A DNA stretch of 64,000 nt, taken from contig OY986950.1 in the NCBI GenBank assembly GCA_963920595.1, positions 4,712,001-4,776,000 on the forward strand. The letters run 5' to 3'. The translations under genes and the position numbers were made by a program. A model generated the notes under the pieces. The model ran no database searches. It was given only the letters and a program-made list of their open reading frames with translations, and was not told the origin of the DNA. Source of the DNA: Eimeria praecox. Lineage: Eukaryota. Below are positions 14,601 to 25,388 of the stretch, in pieces; position 1 is the stretch's first letter; every line of letters starts with the position of its first letter.

Positions 14601-15954
14601 TGTGTCTGTGGGGGCAGACGCTGCCCCCGCCTGGCCAGGAGAGTCTGTCTTTTGCTTGTACACAACTACTAAGCCGTAGCTATCCGCCAGCAACAGAAAA
14701 TGGGGCTTTTCTTGACACAAAGACAAGTGCGTTGCTGCGCGAGGGCCGGGCGACTCCGGCGGAGGTGGCGGCAGCAGAACCTGAAGGAATCCCCCGAGCA
14801 ATTGAAATACTCAAGCTGATGGGGATGCATGCACTAAGCGATTAACAAGAAAGCAAGCAGGGCATTCATGCTCATACAAACGGACGGACAAGTGGAACAA
14901 CGCACAACCCATGGAATAGCTGGTCACCGCTACCACCAACCACTGCAGCAGCAGCGGCAGCAGGTGGTGGCTGTAAGCAGCTGCTGCCTGTGGCAGCAAT
15001 GGTTGCTGCTGTTCGTGCAGCTGTTCATTCTGTGCAACCACTGGGGACCAGATGGAGGTAAATACGGCGGCAGATGCTGGCATTTACAGACATGGAAAAC
15101 CAAAACCTAAGGCATACGAGAACAAGACTCCACACCACCAAAGTTAAGAATGACTCAATGCGCTTACCCTGCAGACAGATGCAGCCTCCATGGCCTGATG
15201 GTCTAGGACCCGCACCACCCTAACAATCCCCGGCCTGACGGCGTACGCCACGCAGGTGGCGTTCGCTCCGAGAGCTCTAGGAGGGGCAGTTGCAGGACTT
15301 GAAGATGCATGCAAACCTGAAGAGGCCAGTGGGGGGGTAGATGCCGGCAGGAGCGCTATGTCTAGCTGAGAGCTGCCACCCTCCCCACGAGCGGTGGAGG
15401 CGCCGTATTCATCTGCTTCAGAGGCCCCCCCCGGAAAGGCTGCCTCGTCCTCTTCCTCCATAAAAACGCAGCTCCTGGGGCCCCTCAACGGCACCAACAG
15501 CATGTTGGGTGCTACCTCAGCTGCACGATCCGCCAGTTGCCAATTTGCAACTGTTCCAGCTCCTCCTGGAACTGCATCTGCTACTGCATCTGCTGCCGCA
15601 TCTGCTGAGCTGCGCAAAACACAGGGCACAGAATCGGGCTCAGGTCAAGAGGATTCAGTTCTTGCACGGGGACTTAAAGAAGAAGCATGTGCGCTCAAGC
15701 CACGCCAAGCACGCATACGCATGCATACGGCTTCGGGGAAAGGAAGACTGACAACCTAACTGTAGGTGGCTCAACCAGTGCATGCCGGAATGATGCGCTG
15801 ACAAGGGACGACTGCTGCTTTCGGCGCAGCCTGAAAGCCGTGAACAAGAGGAAGTGGGAGAGCATGCACACACGCCTGAATTGCTCAAACACCCTCACCC
15901 TGCTGTCCTACTGCTGGCATCTCCTGCCTTAACTAAGAGCTCCCCTTGTGCCAT
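5670..15954 (-). CDS. Large multi-exon WD40 + low-complexity + coiled-coil protein, EDC4/Ge-1/Varicose-like (mRNA decapping scaffold)
   Basis: ATG at 15954. Approximate exons: 15954-15899, 15609-15168, ~14781-14300, ~13350-13111, 12865-10817, ~10480-10361, 10076-9906, ~9337-8982, ~8434-7885, ~6684-6548, ~5879-(5762 or 5670). N-terminal beta-propeller-like strands ([56 protein letters not shown]), a central Ala/Ser/Gln low-complexity region, Q/E-rich coiled coils, then [22 protein letters not shown]...[37 protein letters not shown]...[11 protein letters not shown], which resembles the EDC4/VCS C-terminal helical domain. The 3' end and some internal boundaries are uncertain. Confidence 0.65.
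13517..14217. repeat. ~700-bp (AGATAT)n microsatellite with AT variants, intronic in the EDC4-like gene
   Basis: Directly visible hexamer array. It produces the spurious [12 protein letters not shown] ORFs in the track. Confidence 0.97.
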
Positions 15955-17133
15955 TTTGCGAACTGCAGGACGGGAAAAGGAGCTCTGGGCATCCGGGTCT
16001 GGAAACGCCACGCAAGATCCAAAGAATTCGGCGTTTGGCAGCTTATATTCAGGAGGAAGCTGGGGGGCTAGAACTCTCCCCACGTAGATTTGTTGATGGC
16101 AAAAAGTAATCACAATCCAGAGAGGAAACCCCTAGATAAATCAAAAGAAGTCCAGGGCGGAAGAAACAGAGGCAAAAAGTGTCGCCGCGCTCTGATCATC
16201 ATACACGAGCCTTGTCGTTAAAGTTCGTTCCTGTGGAATCCGCGTACGTTTGTGGGTCAGTCTGGGTGGTTCTCGCTTAATATTTACACTTAAAAAGAGG
16301 CAGTGCCAATAACACAGAGAAAGGCTTCCGTAAGACCCCTATTGAATGCCGAATGGGTATTCAGGAACTGCGATCCGCACGTAGCGGGGTGTATGAGCAA
16401 CTCTTATTATGTAAGAAAGCGTTCTATTTACTCCCTCTTCTCTTCATTTATGCTGCTCGTATTTTCCTGTTCATTGGGAGTAGCAGACTGCCGTCTGCGA
16501 GGCCCCAGTAGTACTGCTACACACTGCTGCCCCCAAGCCCCTTATAGCTCAAAGGCTTAACAACCAAAACCGGAAGATATCAGGATATTTTCTTGTATTA
16601 AGCTTCTTTTCTCCTTGTATATGGCCTTTTCTTTAAGAGGCAACCGTACCCAAGCAGGGCAGTTCATGTCTACGTACGCCACTGCGTGCAGCTGTCCCGT
16701 CGCTCGCCTTTGACCCGGAGAGTCTTTGATTCTTCTTTCTTTTACTTCATTTGGGTTCTCCTCTTGGCTATTCCGCTCATTTCGGCCATATAATTGCAGC
16801 AGTAAGCCCCAGAAGGACAGGCACCCCTAGCTGTCCGTACCACGGGGCGTACCGTTTTGTCAGCCCGCGAGGCTGAATTGGGTATTTTATCGGGTTGCTG
16901 AAGACTTCAACTGGACTTTCTTCACTAAGGGTAGGAAAGTGCTTAGAGAAGAGGTTGTTGTCGTGTGTGTTGGCTGCACGTGGTGTGCACGCTATATGTA
17001 GACTCTCCAGGAATTGCACGTCTCAGGTTCCCCTCTGCTTTTTGGTGATTGTCTTCCGGACCCAGCGATCTGCAAGTTACCAAGGAATTTGATATCAACA
17101 GGTTTGAAGTACGGCCCACCACATGCACTGCAA

Positions 17134-17550
17134 ATGGCAAGCACGACGAGGACAGAAACCGTCACCCCGGCAGTCATACACATAGTTTCTTCATCAGTTT
17201 CACCACCAGCTGCTACAGAAGATACAGCAACTGCGGCAGCTCCAGAAGCTGCAACAGTAGAGCCTCCAAAGCAAGTCGCTTGGGTGGAGGGCACGCTTGA
17301 CAATGAGGACTTGGGTAGGAAAAGCAGCAAAGTCTGCTGCATTTACCACAAGCCCCGTGCCTTTGGGGAGAGCAGCAGCAGCAGCAGCAGCAGTGACAGC
17401 GAAGGTGAAGGCGGAGCAGCCCAAACACGGAAAGCAGGGAGTTCAAGAAAACCGCGAAAGTGCAAGCATCACCCAAGCCCACATGCAGCGGGTGGCGGAG
17501 GGAAGACACCTTTATGCAAGGGGCAGTCGGACGAGCACTCGGCCCAGTGA
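17134..17550 (+). CDS. Protein phosphatase 1 inhibitor-3 (Ypi1/PPP1R11 family)
   Basis: Intronless [14 protein letters not shown]...[45 protein letters not shown]. It has an RVxF-type KxVxW motif, the DNExxxxKxSKxCCIYHK signature and an acidic/Ser tail. Confidence 0.93.
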   Translation: MASTTRTETVTPAVIHIVSSSVSPPAATEDTATAAAPEAATVEPPKQVAWVEGTLDNEDLGRKSSKVCCIYHKPRAFGESSSSSSSSDSEGEGGAAQTRKAGSSRKPRKCKHHPSPHAAGGGGKTPLCKGQSDEHSAQ

Positions 17551-18212
17551 AGACGCGAGAGAAGAACAATGTATATTCAGTCTTTTCTTGCTTTGTTTAT
17601 TTACTCATATAAATCATTTGAGCTGCTGTTGTGTCGATGTGTATACCTTCCCTGCTTTGCCTTCATTTCATTGTACGCGACCGTCTCCCCTGGAGGCTTT
17701 TCTTTGAAATAGGGGCCCACAAGGAAACATTGTTTGTGTACCATTCACGCCGACTGGATGCAGTTGTTGGCAGGTTGGTTTAGTTGTTTGTTATTATTGC
17801 TCGTAAAGCATGCAGGACTGGCGGGGAACACGCTGCCCTTTGACAGGCATATACAACTGCTGTCGTCCGCTTTGGCCGTGGCCCGTCCGAAGCATGCATC
17901 TCATTTATTTATAGATAAGTTTATTTGAAACGATGAGGTCAGGGAACGCACGAATATCGCCCACAAATCCCCACCACCCTACTAAAACGCAGTGAGGAAC
18001 CGTGTGCCGTATAAGAACAGTAGCCCGTGAGGAGGTCAGTGAACTGCAGCATGCAGCTGGATGTATCCCGTATAGGAGAGACTTCTTTTATCTGCTGCAG
18101 ACATAGAACTAGTGCGAAAGCTGCAACAAGCTCGCATAAGATGAAGTAGGTCCCACCTTCCAAGCAGAAGTCTGCTAGGTGCCCTTGAAGGAAGGATAAT
18201 CTCCTTTGCAAG

Positions 18213-18615
18213 GGAACTCTCACCGAGGCAATATCCCATTGCAGTAAAAACTGTTACAACTGTATCAGGATGAATGGGGTTCTGCAGTGCGTTCAGAACA
18301 CTTTGGATTGTTTGGAGAAGTGAACACTGCAGTTAACCTGCTACGTTCGACAGTTAAACACGTGGATAGGTCCAAAATGAACAAAAGCTTGCAAACCGCA
18401 TTGTAACCCGCTTGGAACTCTCACCGAGACAATACCCCATTGCTAATAAAAACTGTTACAACTGTATTAGGACGAACGGGGTTCTGCATTGCATTCAGAA
18501 CACTTAGAATTGCTTGGAGAAGTGAACACTGCAGTTAAACTACTACGTTCGACACTTAAACACGTGGATAGGTCCAAAATGAACAGAATCTCGCAAAGCG
18601 CATTGTAACCCGCTT
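18213..18615. repeat. Tandem duplication, two diverged copies of ~201 bp
   Basis: Copy 1 (18213-18413) and copy 2 (18414-18615) both run ggaactctcaccgag...actgttacaactgtat...cacgtggataggtccaaaatgaaca...cgcattgtaacccgctt, with scattered substitutions. Confidence 0.95.
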
Positions 18616-18863
18616 TGCAAGCGGGCTCCGCGCGGTGGTAAGCGCGGGCAGCTGTTCGACAATGGCAGATTCCAGTGCTCCTACGCTGCACGCGAGCCTT
18701 ATAATGTACACCGCAAAGATACGTGCTCGTGAAGCCTCAGTGACTGCTCTGGTAGCCTCCTATGTTGTGTATCACGGAGCCGCAGCGCCATAGCACCTCC
18801 TACAACATCGAAGCAAGCTCACCACTGCAACTGGTTGTCAGCGGTGCGGTGCATGAACACTCC

Positions 18864-20372
18864 TTAATTGATAATATCGGCATAACTGGTTACTAGTGTG
18901 GCCGCGTCGATTCGGTCTTCCCTATCCACTTGCAAAAGATCCACGATTAAATCCTGCCACCTCTGAGGTACCCCTGCTTCCGTCAGCGGCTTCCTCAAAG
19001 TCCTGGCGTTGACCCTTTCAAATGCGGCCGCTTTTAATGTCTCAGCTGGATTGTCCGAGTTTTGTAGGCCGTACGGAAGCTTCCCATTTGTGAAAATTGA
19101 GTACAGAGACAAACCTAGGCTCCACATGTCTGACTTCTCATTCACCACGGGCATGCCGGCGTTACGGCTACTATCCATGGCTGCTACAGCCAATTCCTTC
19201 TCTGCATAAATAACTGTCACACTTTTTTGCTTGTCCAATGGGTGTCCTATAGGGGTCCCTGATTCGAAGTCTCCCAAAAAAAAAGAGCCGTCTTCCCGGA
19301 CAAAGAAATTGAGGAGTTTCAGGTCGTTGTGACTGAAACCTGCATGTTGCAGATGTAGCACCTCTAGCAACATCCGTTTCGCCGCATACTCCTTCGCCTC
19401 CAATGGCAGACCGTTCCTAGGAGTGAAAATGCCCAACAGGTCCCCGCAGAACCGCTCCATTAGCTCTACTTCTCCCAGAAGGTACACTGAAGGGCAACGC
19501 ATCACGGCCGGCACCCCCTTAATTGTTGCAAAACCACTGGCCAGCGCCAGCCCTCTAGCCTCCCCTGCTTCGCTCAGATTCGTCTTGCCAGATGCCTGAT
19601 GCATAGCAGTTGTTTCTTGCACTATCCTTCGATATCCATCTAGGTTCGCACTTATGCGTGAGAGGAGACTGGGGTAACTGGGATCCACAGCAACCGTGAA
19701 CAGCTTCATAGCGAGCGTTTTGCCTGTATCTTCTTCTTTCACCTCCAGCGCAACTGATCGGCCCCCTGCACCGAGGAACCCGGTGACCTCATACGTGCGG
19801 GGGATCTCATCAACTTCAGCAGAATCTAAGGCTTGCATGCTGGTGAGGGTGAGTTTCATTCCAATGAGGTCCTTTGACTGCCCATTCGATATGTGCTCCG
19901 CAAGGCTCTGCATGACCTCATTTGCCATTTGACTGGGCACATTACGCAAATTTGCTGCCTGTAATGAAGCCGTTAAACCAACCAGTTCTTTCCCAGCCCG
20001 CAATGAAGGGGTCAGGGAATTCTCAAACTGGATGAGGCTTGGCACCTCCCATTTAGCCTCAGGTGGAGATACGCCTTTCCATGAGGAGGACAAGCCTTTC
20101 CTCCAGTTAACGCTTGACACTGAACGTAGCAAGTAACCCCCGAACGCAACCGCTAGCAAAAAGAGGGTTGTGGCATAGACAAGAAGCAACCGCCCCCAAA
20201 TTCTTCTCTGGTGCCTTCTTCTCTGATTCTCAGTGCCTAAAAGCATAAAGACATCATCATCTGCTGTGGATAAGGCCTCTGCCTGACCAGCCTCGTCCGC
20301 CAACGGTGCAACTTGAGGTCCGCCCCAAGGTGGAGAAGGAGCGTTCAGCTCCTCAAGAGTTGATACCTCCAT
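18864..20372 (-). CDS. Rhoptry-kinase-family (ROPK-like) kinase, predicted active, with N-terminal signal anchor
   Basis: Intronless ORF of ~502 aa from ATG 20372. A basic patch RRRHQRR precedes the TM segment LLLVYATTLFLLAVAFGGYLL. Kinase motifs: FLGAGGRSV (Gly loop), LAMK, HNDLKLLN, GDFES, YAEKE, KSDMWSLG, DREDR. The N-terminal extension and the insert after alphaC are typical of coccidian ROPKs. Confidence 0.85.
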   Translation of the reverse strand: MEVSTLEELNAPSPPWGGPQVAPLADEAGQAEALSTADDDVFMLLGTENQRRRHQRRIWGRLLLVYATTLFLLAVAFGGYLLRSVSSVNWRKGLSSSWKGVSPPEAKWEVPSLIQFENSLTPSLRAGKELVGLTASLQAANLRNVPSQMANEVMQSLAEHISNGQSKDLIGMKLTLTSMQALDSAEVDEIPRTYEVTGFLGAGGRSVALEVKEEDTGKTLAMKLFTVAVDPSYPSLLSRISANLDGYRRIVQETTAMHQASGKTNLSEAGEARGLALASGFATIKGVPAVMRCPSVYLLGEVELMERFCGDLLGIFTPRNGLPLEAKEYAAKRMLLEVLHLQHAGFSHNDLKLLNFFVREDGSFFLGDFESGTPIGHPLDKQKSVTVIYAEKELAVAAMDSSRNAGMPVVNEKSDMWSLGLSLYSIFTNGKLPYGLQNSDNPAETLKAAAFERVNARTLRKPLTEAGVPQRWQDLIVDLLQVDREDRIDAATLVTSYADIIN

Positions 20373-20609
20373 TTTAAAAATAACGTATTTAAAACAGGAT
20401 GATGAAAAAATTGAAGATCCTGCCTTCAGCTCCACGCCGCCACCCTATGCCGTGCCGGACTTGCTCGGAAGCCCGGGGAAGCGATCGACCACGGAAGCAA
20501 CCAAAGCAGAAGTGGAACAGTCCTTTCCACCGTTTTTGGCCTCTTCCCATGCGTTAACATGCATAAATAACTAAATTCTAGATGATCTCTTGGTGGGGTC
20601 AACATGAAA

Positions 20610-20683
20610 ATAACCATAGTAATTCGCCTGGCCTTGATAGTTGCCCGGGCAACTATCGAGGCTAGGCGAATTACTATGGTTAT
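20610..20683. repeat. 74-bp spacerless palindrome (37-bp arms, 2 mismatches)
   Basis: ataaccatagtaattcgcctggccttgatagttgccc|gggcaactatcgaggctaggcgaattactatggttat, centred on CCC|GGG at 20646/20647. Confidence 0.97.
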
Positions 20684-22081
20684 ATATCGTTGCCAGGGGT
20701 TCTAACGCACGCCTCTAGTAGCAGTACTTCATTTTCTTGTCAGTTCAGTTGACCAATAATGAAGCTGAAGCTTTAAAGTGATGCAAAAATAACAACCCGT
20801 GCAGCAATAAACCTAGCTGTTACAGGCCTGGCTGAGACCAGCCGAGGGGTTCTCAAACGATCCTGACGTCTCGAAGCCATGGCGCGTGCGAGAGCTGCTC
20901 TGGATTTGAAATGCTTCCAAATCAGCATCACCACTATTCGATGCATTACACAGGAGCTTTGCCTGGTAAATTCTCGAGCAGCAGTGCTGCAAAGACTGAC
21001 TGAAGCTAGCATTTGCGCCTGCTCATCTACTAAGGCCCCGCTACAGTCTAGCAGCTCTCTAAGTTGGTGCATGCGTTAAAAGGGAAACTGAAGATATTCT
21101 TGCATGAGGTGTTATGATGCGAGCTTCAACAGCCTGCACTGCAACTCGTAGGACGCAGTAAAGGCACCCAGCCAGAGCCCTGCCAAGCAGAAAAGCTCTC
21201 GGTGAAGGTCTAAGGCCACTGAAAAAAATGCAGTGCTTAAGTACACAGTATCTTGGGCGTTGTCTGCCACCTCTGCGGATTGCAAACGAGGCTGCTGCTA
21301 CGGTTAACCTCGTCGCTGCTCGTAAACAGTCAATCCTCGTGGAGAGTGAGGCCATGGAGATGGTTAGCCCTCGTTCCATCCTGCAAGAACGCTACTCCAT
21401 GCTGCCAACAAGAAGGCAAATATCAATTTTGTCAGCAATGCAATGCTAGCATGAATGCATATGGCATCGAATACCTGTGCGCTACCCGGTTTGCGCCACA
21501 CTCCTCCAATGTTCAACCGCAACTTAGCCTTTGTTCAGATATTTCCTTACGATACTTTCCATACGATACTCTGCTAAAGCGCCCCTGCACGCCAGGGTCA
21601 CCTCCCTCGTATTCAAGAAACTCTTCAGCCCAACTACGCAGCCCCTGCCTATTTCTGTTTCATTCCCGCTGAACTGTAGACAGAACAATCGCTCAAATAA
21701 CAGCATACCAGTGTTGATGACAGCTGTCGTTTTAATTTTAGCCACACTCAAAGGCGAACCTTTAGAAGAACCAGACAACCTAGTCCTTGATCTTTCGTAG
21801 AACTGCATGACTTAGACACTTACACAAAAGTGCAAGCTGAGGCCCTGCCCTGGGAGCCCCTTGTCTCCCCGGAGAATGCTTCACATCGTGCGCACGGAAG
21901 CAAGCGAAGAATGCCAGAACAAAGGATGCATAAACGATGCATCTTGACGAACCGAGATGGCGGTGTATGCACGTTCGCATTGGGTGCATAAAGGGTGAAT
22001 TGCGTCCGGCAGTGATAACCATCACACCACTATTTGCCTCCCATGACCCCACCCCACCTCCCTTGTTGACCCTTCTCCTTA

Positions 22082-23578
22082 TCAGTCGAGGAGGTCGGCG
22101 TAATGCACCATGATACCCTGTGCATCGATTCTTTGACTTCGGTTCGGTTCGAGCAGTTCCAAGATCAAATGTAGCCATCTATGGGACACGCCGGCCTTAA
22201 CGAGGGGCTCGATGAGAGTGTTGCTGCGCACACCTTGCTGCTCAAGCATGCCGAATACGACGTGGGTGGGGAAAATTTCGTCTAGCTGGTAGGGGAGATT
22301 CCCACCTGTGAATATCTTGTAAAGGCACAGACCCAAACTCCACATATCTGACTTGGCATGCGCAACAGGGCGCTCTGCACCAGGTGCCGCTTTTGTCGTA
22401 GCCAGTAGCAACTCCTTTTCTGCAAAGCGTGAGACAACGCCTCTGTCCACAACCTCTCCGATGCGGGTTGCTGTGTCAAAATTCCCTATAAAAAGGGACC
22501 CATCTTCTCGAATGTATATGTTCTCCGGTTTCAAGTTGTTGTGGCTGACGCCCGCGCTCTGTAGCAGCAGCACCTCGGTCAGTAGTCTCCTGGCCGCGTA
22601 CACCTTTGAACTTGTCGGCAAATCGTACTCGCCGCCAAAAACTTCATCGAGAGTCCCGTAGAACCTTTCCATCAAATATACTTCACTGATTGCGTACACA
22701 CTGCTGCACTGTACAACTGGTGGCAAACCATCAATTGATGCAACACTCTCGATCAAGGCAAGGCCCCGCTGCTCCGCTGCTTCGTCAAGCGGCGTTCTCC
22801 CTAGAGCCTCCAACATGGCTGTCGTGGATCTTCTCGTGTACTGTTGGTGCATCGATTCAGCCAAATGACGGGAAATATGTCGTCCGTTTGCTTCTCGAGG
22901 CACTGTTTGCAGCTGCATTGCATAGGTCTTCTGTGTTTCCAATTCAAGAACCTCCAAAACAACGGATCCCGAGCCCTCACTGATATAGTTGAGCACTCGA
23001 AAGGCATGGGGTTCTGCATCTACCTCCTCCGAACCCAGTTTCTGCATCTGTTTAAGGTTAACAATTGCCCCCACCAAGCTGCCTCCTTTCCTCCCGGACA
23101 CTCGTTCTCCAAGGGTTCTTAACACATCCTGGCCAAGAGATCCCGGTCTGGCAAAGCTGCTCTCTTTCCGCCCCTGTACAACATCAGATATCTGCTTTCG
23201 GCCGTAATGAAGATAGGCTGGTGTCCGGCCCTCCTGTTCCTCCAAGGAAGGCAAGTTCCAAGGCTCCTCATGAGGGATTACACCCGCCCAAGACTCCCAA
23301 AGCTGAAGTCGTGGGGGACGCATTAAAAGAGCAGACAGCACAACTGAAAAAAAACCAGCAAAAAGAACACCGGCAAGCACCCCTATCCGGAGGTCACTTT
23401 GTTGTCTTCGCTTTGGACGGCCAATCACTATACTACCTTCTGCTTCGTCTCCATATTCCTCATTCCCCGCTCTGCCTTGAAGGATGTATGATTCTTCTGC
23501 TCCTTGGGGAGCCAAGCCATTAGCCGCCACTACGCGTTTCCGATCTTCCACCGCGGCAGAATCCTCCTCTCCCCGCAT
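22082..23578 (-). CDS. ROPK-like pseudokinase, paralog of the adjacent kinase, with N-terminal signal anchor
   Basis: Intronless ORF of 498 aa. RPKRRQQ precedes the TM segment IGVLAGVLFAGFFSVVLSALLM. It is collinear with the neighbour (LMERFxG, YAAxRxLxEVLxLQxAGxSHN, REDGS, AEKEL, KSDMWSLG, IFTxGxLPY), but the catalytic motifs read YAMQ, HNNLKPEN and GNFD. Confidence 0.85.
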   Translation of the reverse strand: MRGEEDSAAVEDRKRVVAANGLAPQGAEESYILQGRAGNEEYGDEAEGSIVIGRPKRRQQSDLRIGVLAGVLFAGFFSVVLSALLMRPPRLQLWESWAGVIPHEEPWNLPSLEEQEGRTPAYLHYGRKQISDVVQGRKESSFARPGSLGQDVLRTLGERVSGRKGGSLVGAIVNLKQMQKLGSEEVDAEPHAFRVLNYISEGSGSVVLEVLELETQKTYAMQLQTVPREANGRHISRHLAESMHQQYTRRSTTAMLEALGRTPLDEAAEQRGLALIESVASIDGLPPVVQCSSVYAISEVYLMERFYGTLDEVFGGEYDLPTSSKVYAARRLLTEVLLLQSAGVSHNNLKPENIYIREDGSLFIGNFDTATRIGEVVDRGVVSRFAEKELLLATTKAAPGAERPVAHAKSDMWSLGLCLYKIFTGGNLPYQLDEIFPTHVVFGMLEQQGVRSNTLIEPLVKAGVSHRWLHLILELLEPNRSQRIDAQGIMVHYADLLD

Positions 23579-25300
23579 TGTCCTACGGGCAGCGAAGTGA
23601 CTGAAAGGTGAAAGCGAAACAAGAGTCTTAAATATAGCTGTGGGTGTAGTTTAATTAAAAAGAAATGCAGAGTTAGGACGAAAAAGAAGTAAAGCGCGTC
23701 CTCGCCAGCTGATCTGCTCCACCAGTCTCCCTGCCCAGGCTGCAACGTGTCCAGTGGAAGACGAGCTGCTTTCTAAAGCATGCTGCCTCAGCTCGGTCCT
23801 GACTGCCACATCCGTCAACAGATTAATTTAAGCATACGTAGAAAATATTATTAGGCCTCCTGGTCCCGAATAATTTTTAGTTATATTTCCCCCTTACGGT
23901 GGATGATACCACGGATCGCGCGGCGTTCGATAAGCATGCAGCCTGCCAATGCCAGCATTACAGAGCAGCAGTGCACCAGTGCCATTATTCGGCGAGAATT
24001 ATGCCAAAAGTGGGTGCATCTAGTTCAGGTTGGTGCTGCTAGAAAAAAGTGGTGTGATAGCGGAGCCATATAGACCCCACATCTTGACCTCGCCAGCTCA
24101 GGCTGTGAGACCGTTGCACGGCCTACAAGACCCGTGCGGGTACTCTCCTAGTTGATCGCAAGGTGGCTACTGAGGGCCATATGAGTGTTTAATAATTATC
24201 TACACTCCAGCCCACAGTGTTAACTCATGCATTGGGTTGGAACGGTCCAGCATGCCTCGTACGAAGTTGGTACATGCTGTGGTGGCGATGGTCTTCTATG
24301 TTAGATGAGGGCGGCCGCGAGCTACAGTAGAGCCAAGAACTTCGAAGGATTTTCCAAAAAGGCCCACCAGCCTCCTGGCATCCAGGTGAATAAGCCTAAG
24401 GGCAGGGGATCGTGAAGAGACTAGCTTGCCTGTCCTGGTGCAAGGCCCCTCGCTGCAAGTAGTGACGCATTGCATACCTACGTGCACGTACAACCAGTCG
24501 CCTTTTTCATGTGCGATAATATTGCATACCGTTGTGCAGAGAGCTACTAAACACATGGCCATCCATAGCAAACTTGTATAAGGGTGTGAGCACCCCACAG
24601 AGCATGGTGCATATGCTGTGCACACTCTCCCAAGCGGCCCACGCCTTCGTCTATCTCGTTATCCATAGAAACAAGGAAAGGAAAATCGTAGGGAACAGAA
24701 GTCAACCGGCATCTGGGAATACCGCTGCATTGTGTTGCTGTTTCTGCAGACCATCAGCTCACGGCGGCTGCCTCTACTTCGTTCTTGACCAGTGGCCAAG
24801 CCATTGCTCAAAAGCTGCAGTTTGTGGAGTTTAGTTGGACTGGTTGCTGGTTCTAATGCGGGCACACCAACTTGGTGAAAAATCTGAAGTAAACCGCAAT
24901 CAGCTCGTAAAGCCAGCGGGCGCACGGACAGGGAGACAGATCATCCTTTTGTTGTCTGCGACACCGAGCTAGCTAGTAGCCGGGGTAGACGTAGATTGTG
25001 GAGGGGGGCCAAATTAAGCGCAGAAAAAAATTGACGGAGAATCATTAGCACTCTCTTGCGCATGATGGCGCAACTAACACGAAAAGGGTGAGCGCGGCGC
25101 AAACTTCAGTCGCATTGCGCATTCCCACGCTTGTAGCCACTGCTATTGAGTCAACTGGAGCAGGCAGATGTTTCTCATGAATTGATCTGCCCAGATTCGT
25201 GTGGCGATCGGGCAAGGCTTCAAGAGCCCTGGCTTGAGAGTCTTATGCCGCTTTGTTGCTGATATTCCGGAACAGTGAGAACATATTATCACTCTCTCAA

Positions 25301-25314
25301 GATCTATCTACCTA

Positions 25315-25388
<74 letters not shown>

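Noticed and set aside
25000..25240. Possible snoRNA/snRNA (ATGATG box-like word, short GGCAGAT/ATCTGCC stem)
   Set aside because: No complete C/D or H/ACA box set and no recognisable spliceosomal RNA sequence.
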